Positions 45,315 to 53,564 of a DNA stretch of 64,000 nt are shown here, one piece after another (the stretch's first letter is position 1; each line of letters starts with the position of its first letter). The notes below the pieces were generated by a model. That model was given only the letters and a program-made list of their open reading frames with translations. It searched no databases and was not told the DNA's origin. This stretch comes from Acaryochloridaceae cyanobacterium VAR_48_metabat_390. Lineage in GTDB: Bacteria; Cyanobacteriota; Cyanobacteriia; Thermosynechococcales; Thermosynechococcaceae. A program made the translations under genes and the position numbers. The stretch lies in contig JANPLU010000090.1 in assembly GCA_031422435.1 (NCBI GenBank), positions 1 to 64,000 of the forward strand, read 5' to 3'.

Positions 45315-47405
45315 TTAAGCTGCCTGTAGTCCACTGTGCCGGAGCAGTGCTTCGGTACTTGGCTCTCGTCCACGAAATATCTTAAAGATTTCCATTGGGT
45401 GCTGGCTACCGCCCAGGGCTAAAACCGTTTCACGGAAACGTCGTCCGGTTTCGACGATCGCCGCATCATTTTCTAGCCCCGCTTCTTCAAAGGCCGCAAA
45501 GGCATCGGCACTTAGCACCTCTGCCCACTTGTAGCTGTAATAGCCCGCAGAATAGCCACCTGCAAAGATATGCCCAAAAGAACAGAGAAACGCATCTTCT
45601 GGCAAGGGTTTGAGAACCGTAGTAGATTGGGCAATGCGATCGCGCAGTTCACTAATACTCTCATTCCCCCCAGGCTGGTACCGATGGTGTAGCTCAATAT
45701 CCACCGTCGAGAAATACACCTGACGGAGGGTCGCGCTGCCGTTCATGAAAGTACGCGCCGCCAAAAGCCGTTGGTAGTATTCTTCCGGCAGGGGCGCTCC
45801 GGTTTCGTAGTGGCGTGCCATACCAAATAGGGTGGCGCGGTCGTAGCACCAGTTTTCCATAAATTGGCTGGGCAGCTCTACTGCATCCCACTCGACGTTG
45901 TTGATGCCCGCCGCACCTGCAAAGTCTACACGGGTCAGCATGTGATGGAGTCCATGCCCAAACTCATGGAAAAGGGTTTCCACTTCCCGAAAGGTCATGA
46001 GGCTGGGTTTACCATCCACGGGTGGGGTTTGGTTACAGACTAGATAGGCCACAGGGGTTCGGAGGGTGCTGCCCGTCTTGGCGCGTCCAATGCAGTCATC
46101 CATCCAGGCACCGCCGCGCTTTTCGGCAGGGCGGCTATAGGGATCGAGGTAGAAATGGGCGATCGCCTCTCCAGTCTCACTGGCAATCTGGAAGTAGCGA
46201 ACGTCGGCATTCCAGACGGGGGCTTCACCATTGGCAGGGGTAACGGTAATGCCAAAGATGCGGTGAACCAGGCCAAATAGCCCCTCTAAGACCTGAGGTA
46301 AGGGGAAGTAGGGGCGCAGTTCTTCATCATTGAGGGCGTACTTTTCTTCTCGGAATCGTTCTGCCCAGAAGCTGGTGTCCCAATGCTTTAGGTCAGCGCC
46401 TTCTGAGGCATGTTTAGCAGCAGCAAAGTCTTTGAGTTCTGCCAACTCTTGCTGAGCGGCTTCGTAGCTGGGTTTGCGGAGATCTTCTAAGAGCGCCTCA
46501 ACGGCGGCGACGTTGGGAGCCATTTTGCTAGCAAGGCTCACTTCGGCAAAGCTTTGGTAGCCCAAGAGCTGGGCTTCTTCTTGGCGGAGGGTTAAAATGC
46601 GCTCAATAATGGGAGCGTTGTCATATTTGCCAGAGGCGGCGCGGCTAATAAAGGCGCGGTAGAGCTTTTCTCGGAGGTCGCGGCGTTGGCTGTGCTGCAT
46701 GAAGGGGCCAAAGCTGGGGAAATCTAGGGTGATGCGCCAAGGACCTGCTTCTGGGGTGGCGTCGGTTTCGCCGCCTTCACGGGCGCACTGAGCCGCAAAG
46801 CCGAGCAAGCTGGCGGGTAGTCCGGTAATGTCGTCTTGATCTTTGAGGGTAAGGCTAAAGGCTTTAGTGGCGTCTAAAACGTGGTTAGAAAACTGCGTGG
46901 TGAGGGTAGCTAGCTCAAGCTGGATGGCGTTGAACCGCTCTTTTTGATCTCCCACTAAGCCAACGCCGGAGAGTTCTGCGCTACGAATGGCACTTTCGAC
47001 GATCCGCTGTTGGGCAGGGGCAAGGCTTGCCCAGCCTGTGCCGTTGCGGATGGTGACAAAGGCTTCATAGATGGGGCGACTTTGGCTAAAGCGATTGTAA
47101 AATTCCACCACTGTGGGCTGAATGCTTTCGTAAGCCTCCCGCAGCTCTGGGCTATTTTGCACCCCCATCAGGTGCCCCACAATGCCCCAACTCCAGCGCA
47201 GCCGTTCTTCGATGGTTTGGAGCGGTTCGACCAAGCCTTCCCAGGTGGGCTGTAGGGTTTGCTCTTGCTGGGTGAGGGATGTTTCTAGCTCCTGCAATAG
47301 CTGCGTCAATGCTGGGACAACGTGCGCTGGCTGGATCTGATCGAAGGGAGGTAAGCCTTGGCCAATCAGGAGAGGGTTAGGGGCGATCGCAGGGGTGGGG
47401 GTCAT
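45315..47405 (-). CDS. prlC: Oligopeptidase A (M3 family)
   Basis: KRGGAWM, HEFGH zinc motif, VEWDAVELPSQFMENW, GYSAGYYSYKWAEVL. Confidence 0.95.
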   Translation of the reverse strand: MTPTPAIAPNPLLIGQGLPPFDQIQPAHVVPALTQLLQELETSLTQQEQTLQPTWEGLVEPLQTIEERLRWSWGIVGHLMGVQNSPELREAYESIQPTVVEFYNRFSQSRPIYEAFVTIRNGTGWASLAPAQQRIVESAIRSAELSGVGLVGDQKERFNAIQLELATLTTQFSNHVLDATKAFSLTLKDQDDITGLPASLLGFAAQCAREGGETDATPEAGPWRITLDFPSFGPFMQHSQRRDLREKLYRAFISRAASGKYDNAPIIERILTLRQEEAQLLGYQSFAEVSLASKMAPNVAAVEALLEDLRKPSYEAAQQELAELKDFAAAKHASEGADLKHWDTSFWAERFREEKYALNDEELRPYFPLPQVLEGLFGLVHRIFGITVTPANGEAPVWNADVRYFQIASETGEAIAHFYLDPYSRPAEKRGGAWMDDCIGRAKTGSTLRTPVAYLVCNQTPPVDGKPSLMTFREVETLFHEFGHGLHHMLTRVDFAGAAGINNVEWDAVELPSQFMENWCYDRATLFGMARHYETGAPLPEEYYQRLLAARTFMNGSATLRQVYFSTVDIELHHRYQPGGNESISELRDRIAQSTTVLKPLPEDAFLCSFGHIFAGGYSAGYYSYKWAEVLSADAFAAFEEAGLENDAAIVETGRRFRETVLALGGSQHPMEIFKIFRGREPSTEALLRHSGLQAA

Positions 47406-47543
47406 AGGATTTGAATATAGATAAGGAATGACGGCTCAACAGTCGTTTTTTTGAGTGAGTCTGCTTTTTAAGTCTGTTTCTTTTAATGTATAGGCAAAAA
47501 GAAAGGCTCATCCAGCCCAAAGTCTTCGGTTATCCCTACCGAC

Positions 47544-48431
47544 TTACTGTAATGCCTGCCACTCCTTGAGCATGAGCCGCAGTGCCGCTCTCCAGTGGAG
47601 TGGAGCGCCGCCTAAAATGGGCATGATATCCTGAAGCGAAAGTACCGAATAGCTGGGACGCTGGGCGGGAGTTGGGTAGTCTGCGGTGGTAATGGGTATA
47701 ACCTGCTCAACTTTAAGCGGAATGCCTAAGCTGCAGGCTTCTTCAAAAATAGCAATCGCAAAGTCATACCAGCTTGCCACGCCGCTATTGGTGAAGTGAT
47801 AGATGCCTGAAGGTGCAGGTTCTGTCCCTAAGGTACCAATGAGCGCGGCGATCGCCTCTGCAATGGATTTTGCCCATGTGGGGGTTCCAATCTGATCCGC
47901 TACAACCTTCAGTTCTGTGCGATCTGCTCCTAGCCGCAGCATCGTTTTGACAAAATTGCTTTTGCCGTAGCTGCCGTAGACCCAAGCCGTGCGAAGAATA
48001 TAGTGGCGATCGCAGTGTGCCTGAATTCCGCGCTCTCCATCAAGCTTTGACTGCCCATAGACACTCATAGGATGCGTGGAATCGGTGATGAGATAAGGTG
48101 AGCCTTTGGTGCCGTCAAACACATAGTCCGTTGAAATATGGATAAGTGTGGCGTTAAGGGACCGAGAAAGTTTGGCGAGTTGCGTAGGGGCGATCGCATT
48201 AATGATTTGAGCCAGCTCTGGTTCAGATTCGGCCTTATCTACGGCAGTATAGGCAGCAGCATTGACAATGACGCTGGGCTGAAGAGGTTCTAAAACTTGA
48301 GCAATGGCATCGGGCTGACTGAGATCAAGGGACTGACGATTAAACAAATGCAGCTCGCCGAGGGGACGGAGCGTGAGCTGAAGTTCTTGACCTACCTGTC
48401 CGTCGGCACCCACCACTGCAATTTTGTGCAT
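47544..48431 (-). CDS. rfbD: dTDP-4-dehydrorhamnose reductase
   Basis: GADGQVG, NAAAYTAVDKAE, HISTDYVFDG, YGQSK, DQIGTPT. Confidence 0.96.
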   Translation of the reverse strand: MHKIAVVGADGQVGQELQLTLRPLGELHLFNRQSLDLSQPDAIAQVLEPLQPSVIVNAAAYTAVDKAESEPELAQIINAIAPTQLAKLSRSLNATLIHISTDYVFDGTKGSPYLITDSTHPMSVYGQSKLDGERGIQAHCDRHYILRTAWVYGSYGKSNFVKTMLRLGADRTELKVVADQIGTPTWAKSIAEAIAALIGTLGTEPAPSGIYHFTNSGVASWYDFAIAIFEEACSLGIPLKVEQVIPITTADYPTPAQRPSYSVLSLQDIMPILGGAPLHWRAALRLMLKEWQALQ

Positions 48432-48959
48432 GTTCAAAGATTTCGCTAAAGCCACACTATATGTAGTTATTCAACCATAAATGGACTGTTCAGATAGACC
48501 GTTTATGGGAATCGATATTGCTTATTTTATGGGAGATAAAGCTACCACTCTTTAGCGTAGAAGGCTTTCAGCGGTTCTCTTAAAATGCCAAAAGCCTTGC
48601 GGCATAAAATATTCAAGCTATTTATTAACTTTTAGTTGAGCATTACTACAAGTTTCGACAGTAGAAATAATTTTCATGAAATATTTTAACTTTTAGCTAG
48701 ATTTAAACTTTTAGTATTCAAAATAGACATACTTGACTATCTAAAACTTAATCCATATTTTCAATTTTTTCTAGATAACTGTGCATTCAGATTCTGTCAC
48801 ATTAGATTATCAGTGTGTTAAAATCTTGATATGTACTTCAAAATACTTTGACGAAAATAGATTATGTAAAGAAAGCTTTTTAAATAAAAAACATAAAATT
48901 ATTCGTAGTAATATATTTTCTAGTCAATGCTCTTTATATAAAACATAGGAAAATAAATA

Positions 48960-49811
48960 ATGAGTATCTATGAGAAAAAAACTGCTTCTAAAAAAGAAGA
49001 ACATTTATGGGATCAAATAAAAAATACTGAATATAAGGAACTCCCCGAGTGGACTGGATTCGAGATCATACCCTTATTAGCCAGAATGGTTATTCCTATA
49101 AAATCTATCATTCGTAGATATATGAAAGTGACTGTTGAACTAGAATCTGATTATTTTCCCGAAAAACGAGATAAAGTTATTCACACCTATGGTGCTGTTT
49201 GTAAAATAAAATTTATTTCTAACGATAATCACTCTTTTACTGGGATTTTTACTGGGATTGACCACGGCCTTGTGCGTCTATCATTAGCTAAAAAACCAGA
49301 CGAAAACAATATTGTTCCAGGTGCAGCATTTAAGTTTTTGTTAGATAATGTTCCTTCTATAAACTTCATGGTGATGGCATCACTAGAAGGACAATCAAGC
49401 TTCAACTTTTTTGAGCACAGTTTTTCAAATATTGTTGAACTACCTCAAAACCGTGTTCTTCAGATGCTTGCTAAGGCTTTTTCTACTGTGAGTAAAGATC
49501 CAACTAAAGTTGATGTCTCTAATCTTTTTAAGATTATGCCAAATGGCACTAAAGTAATGATGCCAAAAACAGCATTAAAGCTTAATTTAGTTCCAGGTAA
49601 ACAGCTTAGTTTTAATGAGAAAGCTCACGAAACAAGAGATGATTTTAGAGATATTCCAGCAGAATCTATTCTTTATGAAGTGTATGCTTGTGAGCTAGAG
49701 ACTTCTGATGAGATACTACTGGGAAAAATAGTCACTAAAGATAAATTCATTTGCTCAGAGTTTGGCGATGCCAATTTATTTTTTCGACATCAACGTTTTG
49801 ATCTTAATTAA
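48960..49811 (+). CDS. Short catalase-like (heme-dependent catalase superfamily) protein; possible fatty-acid hydroperoxide-metabolising enzyme
   Basis: KVIHTYG (cf. catalase RVVHAKG distal His), FTGIF, VRLS (cf. VRFS), PGAAFKF (cf. RGFAVKF); 283 aa; AGGA RBS upstream. Confidence 0.7.
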   Translation: MSIYEKKTASKKEEHLWDQIKNTEYKELPEWTGFEIIPLLARMVIPIKSIIRRYMKVTVELESDYFPEKRDKVIHTYGAVCKIKFISNDNHSFTGIFTGIDHGLVRLSLAKKPDENNIVPGAAFKFLLDNVPSINFMVMASLEGQSSFNFFEHSFSNIVELPQNRVLQMLAKAFSTVSKDPTKVDVSNLFKIMPNGTKVMMPKTALKLNLVPGKQLSFNEKAHETRDDFRDIPAESILYEVYACELETSDEILLGKIVTKDKFICSEFGDANLFFRHQRFDLN

Positions 49812-49887
49812 AAAATTTTCAATAGAAAAGCTGGGAGAATTAAAATCTTAACGCCTCCAATTTTTCTGTCCATTCAGAAATACCTTA

Positions 49888-50101
49888 GAGGATGTTTAAA
49901 AAGAGTGGTTTGTGACGGAACAATAAGAGTTTCGGCGCTTACCACTCAATTGCAGAACTAGTACAGCTTGGCTAAAGTAAGCCCACTATTGAAGTTTTTA
50001 GACTTTAGACATCATCATTACGTTCTCAACTTAATAGTAGAGAGATCTCTACCACCCCGTACTAGTCTTTCAGCATTTGAGTCCGACTTCTCAGCATCCT
50101 C
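49888..50101. mobile_element. MITE with GAGGATG...CATCCTC termini and TTA target-site duplication (IS5-family-like ends)
   Basis: tta|GAGGATGTTTAAAAAG ... CTTCTCAGCATCCTC|tta; no ORF. Confidence 0.7.
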
Positions 50102-50119
50102 TTAAACTTTTATCCTTAA

Positions 50120-50235
50120 TACAGCAGTTTGCAGAATTATTAAGAGAGGTCTGGCAGATTATGAATACTGAAATTAGTTCTGCTAAATAAGTTGAGTTAA
50201 AATGGGTATTCTTTATATAACTGAAAACTGCTGTA
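50120..50235. mobile_element. Second MITE, TA-flanked (IS630/Tc1-like target)
   Basis: TACAGCAGTTTGCAG ... CTGAAAACTGCTGTA, a 15-bp inverted repeat with one mismatch. Confidence 0.65.
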
Positions 50236-50396
50236 AGTTTCCTAAGAAGTAGACTTTCTCAATAATTAATCTACAAAGCTTTAGTTACAGAAACTAAAGC
50301 TATAAACGCACAAAATCTAATAAGATTCAATTTCAGCAACTTAAGTACTTAAAATTGCTGATTGCAGACTCAATAAATAGAAAAATGGTGAGCCAT

Positions 50397-51767
50397 CTAT
50401 ATGTTAATACTCATCATTATTGATCCTAAAGGGATGCCTAACTCAATACGATCACGATATTCCCATAACAGTTTTTTCAAAGGAAGAGGTGCGAATTCAA
50501 TTGCTGGGTTATGATGAACATTAGCTAAAGTCCACATCAGCTTGACCTGATTATTGTTTCTCTCAATTACCTTTTTGGCATCATAGTTAGCATCTTCTTT
50601 ATCCCATAGACCAATTGAGGCATATTCAATATCACCTCCATCTTCATATTGTTTATTGTTAACCCAAGAGTGAAAAAAAGTACAATGATAGATAATGTAA
50701 ATACAAAGTTGTTTTAAATCTTCTATCTTTTTAACTTCTAGAGTTCCAAATTCGGGCTTTAAAATTGAATGTCTAGACAGATCTTCAGACATAGCCTCAA
50801 TTTCAAACCAGTAAGACTGAATACCTTCCTGATTGTTATTAAAAAAATCGGAAACATATTTTCCCAACAGCTCCCATACAGCCTTTGCAGCTTCATCAAA
50901 GTAATTATTCTCAATAACATCAGGAAGAGCTTGATTTATAGGCGACCACTTCTTATAACTTAATCTAGAAATTTCTTCCGTAAGAACTTTTTCTACACTC
51001 TCATAGTCTAGAGCAGAAGCTTCAGGAATGAAACCTTTCGTACCTATAATTAGCAAAGCACCTTTTTTGTCTATATTAATTAATCCTTCAAAGTGAGGGA
51101 GTAATAGTTCTCGAATAGGGCTGTTGAGAACATTTCTATAAAATGCCATTGCATACTGATCCATATTCATATGAGTCCGTCCCAAGTGAGACTGGATTTC
51201 TTGAAATATAAATTCAGCATTCCGAAAATAATATTTTGCTAGTTTCCACTCTTCTCCATCTGTAGGAAAACATTTTATTACTTGATCTTTTAGGCAGTAT
51301 TCAATAGAATGAGCTTTCAACGTTCGACCTGTCAGGACAAAACGAGCCTCACAATATTCAGGGAGAAGTCCTCCTGCTTCTACTTTGTAGCGACTCGTTT
51401 CATACTTTACGGCATACTGCCAGTCTTTTTCCTCTGTAGGCTTTAGTCTCCCTGGATTAAATCCATTCAACCGGCGCTCTACAAAATACTCATCGCTAAA
51501 CTTATCGAAATGTAGCCGACTGAGGTTTGCTGGCATCCATTCTTGCAGTTGTGAGCCTGCCATACTACGGAAGCCAAAGCGTGAAAATATAAAATTGAGA
51601 AATGAAAAATTAACTGGTAAAACTTGCAAGCCCAAATGAGCTTCATATCTAGGGGTTGGTTTAACTTCTAATGGCAATGGTTTACGAACATCAAATCGAG
51701 GATAATCTTTGCCTGCCTCTCCATAGTATTTAAATTGATTTTTAAGATTACTATATAATTGATTCAT
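50397..51767 (-). CDS. Stand-alone mini-lipoxygenase
   Basis: SDEYFVERRLNGFNP, WKLAK (WxxAK), H194-LGRT-H199, LLLPH, H366-SWV-N370, C-terminal Ile456 (MMSINI): complete non-heme iron ligand set. Confidence 0.9.
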   Translation of the reverse strand: MNQLYSNLKNQFKYYGEAGKDYPRFDVRKPLPLEVKPTPRYEAHLGLQVLPVNFSFLNFIFSRFGFRSMAGSQLQEWMPANLSRLHFDKFSDEYFVERRLNGFNPGRLKPTEEKDWQYAVKYETSRYKVEAGGLLPEYCEARFVLTGRTLKAHSIEYCLKDQVIKCFPTDGEEWKLAKYYFRNAEFIFQEIQSHLGRTHMNMDQYAMAFYRNVLNSPIRELLLPHFEGLINIDKKGALLIIGTKGFIPEASALDYESVEKVLTEEISRLSYKKWSPINQALPDVIENNYFDEAAKAVWELLGKYVSDFFNNNQEGIQSYWFEIEAMSEDLSRHSILKPEFGTLEVKKIEDLKQLCIYIIYHCTFFHSWVNNKQYEDGGDIEYASIGLWDKEDANYDAKKVIERNNNQVKLMWTLANVHHNPAIEFAPLPLKKLLWEYRDRIELGIPLGSIMMSINI

Positions 51768-51916
51768 GGTTTCTATTGCTAAATTGTATGGATTGGTGAA
51801 AACGCAAATCTGTAATACAGGTGGTATGGAATGCCGAAAATGAAATACCTTAAAAAGTGTTCTATAGTCAAGCAGCTTATTTCTTGGTTTAAATTATTTC
51901 TAAGCTTCTCATTTAG

Positions 51917-52966
51917 CTATTTAATAGTAGTTGAGTTTTTCAGCAGTAATTCTGCCGTTTTCTCAGCTACAAAGGAATTCTTCCAATAAACTGTGTGTGC
52001 ATCTCCTGGATTGTCACCACTATCAACCTGATATTCTTTTATAGAATTTCCTGAGCTATAAAGCCTTCGAGTTCCAAATCCTAGCAAATCATCTATATCA
52101 TAAAAAAGTTGCCACTGAATATGATTTGAGTCTTTAAGCCCAATCTCTTTGGCGTCAATGAGCCTTTCGTTTGCCAAGCGATCTATAAGATTTTGCTTTC
52201 TCATTAAAAACAAAGGCAGTTGAGAAGCAGTACTTGTTAAAGAACCAAGTTTGAGTTGATTGTTTTCGGCTTTCTGTCGCCAAATCATAAAGCGATTTAC
52301 ATCTTCTTGATCACCTTGCTCTTTATATCCTGGTATGTAGTTAATGTCAGAATTAAATAATCCATACAGGAAATCATGAGTGAGTGTTACACCCAAGCTA
52401 TCTCCAATCAGATGAAGTCTTACATCAGGTTCATCAATATAAGACTCAAGTTTCTCGAGAACTTGTTTATAAACAGTTTTACGTACAATACATTCACCCT
52501 GTGCTGAGCAGTAATACAGCACATCACCTAGCCCACGAGTCACTATCGACTCCCTTAGTCCAACCACTAAATTGCGCACTAAAGGAGTCAGCGTCGGGAA
52601 ATCTACTCCCGACTTACTGAAAATAGACATCGTGACATTATTGGGGTCAGGATCTTTAATAATATTCTCGTAAGCAATTCGTTTATTTATGAAGTTTTGA
52701 GCACGAGTTAGTTTATGGTCATCTCTGAGATTGTCAGAAGGAACAGACTCCTCTCCTGGCAGTTCATGGCCCCATTCAACACCAATAAAGTTATTTTTAA
52801 AAATCTCTCTTAACTTAGGCTGCTTATTACAAACTGATTCAAAAAACTTGTTATATCCCCAAAATATTTTATTTTCACTACTTTCAAAAGGAGAGCGTTG
52901 GTATTCATTAGGAATCATTCCATGAATCATTCCATGAATCATTATAAGAACATTAACTACTGCCAT
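51917..52966 (-). CDS. Alpha/beta-hydrolase, putative lipase/phospholipase
   Basis: IHG oxyanion-like motif, DVLYY, nucleophile elbow IGDS190LG, SQLPLF, FYDIDD293LLG, AH324TVYW. Confidence 0.72.
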   Translation of the reverse strand: MAVVNVLIMIHGMIHGMIPNEYQRSPFESSENKIFWGYNKFFESVCNKQPKLREIFKNNFIGVEWGHELPGEESVPSDNLRDDHKLTRAQNFINKRIAYENIIKDPDPNNVTMSIFSKSGVDFPTLTPLVRNLVVGLRESIVTRGLGDVLYYCSAQGECIVRKTVYKQVLEKLESYIDEPDVRLHLIGDSLGVTLTHDFLYGLFNSDINYIPGYKEQGDQEDVNRFMIWRQKAENNQLKLGSLTSTASQLPLFLMRKQNLIDRLANERLIDAKEIGLKDSNHIQWQLFYDIDDLLGFGTRRLYSSGNSIKEYQVDSGDNPGDAHTVYWKNSFVAEKTAELLLKNSTTIK

Positions 52967-53564
52967 AAATTTTTCTCTACATATTCTAATAAAATTTCAA
53001 AATGCGAAGAATAATACTTGACTTTTATATTAAACTTAGCTGTTTAATTAGTAAACTAGGATACCTCAAAAACACTCAATTTATTGCATAAACATTGAAT
53101 TTTATAAAAATTATTTAAATACATAAAAATATTTATAAAAGAGTTTTAGGTGTACCTAAGATTGCTATCCTCTTCCAAGCCTCCTACAACCAAGGTATCG
53201 GCTTAATAGTTTCAACGTTTTATCCTCATGCCTTATAAAACTGCTATCCTGAATTTTAACCTTACTAAAACTTTGTTCAATGGGAAAAAATCATAAAAAG
53301 TCAGGTATTTCATTGATTAGTGCATTACTTATCCTTATTACTGCCACCTTTTTCAAGAAGTCACAGATACTATCTACTCAAATTGAGTTTGCTAAAGTTA
53401 ACTGTCTTCCGATAACTTTCAGCTCTTTCGAGTGCTCTGCAACATCAAAGCTTTGCCCTGAAGCTATGTCAGTGCTCCAGATTGCTTTATACGTAGAGAA
53501 TCATCTAGAGTGGGTCGATCCTATTTTGAAATAGTAACGTCAGGGTTACTCACTCATTACCCCC

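Noticed and set aside
53280..53534. 84-aa ORF with signal-peptide-like N-terminus at the island edge
   Set aside because: No family similarity recognised; cannot be distinguished from a chance ORF in AT-rich DNA
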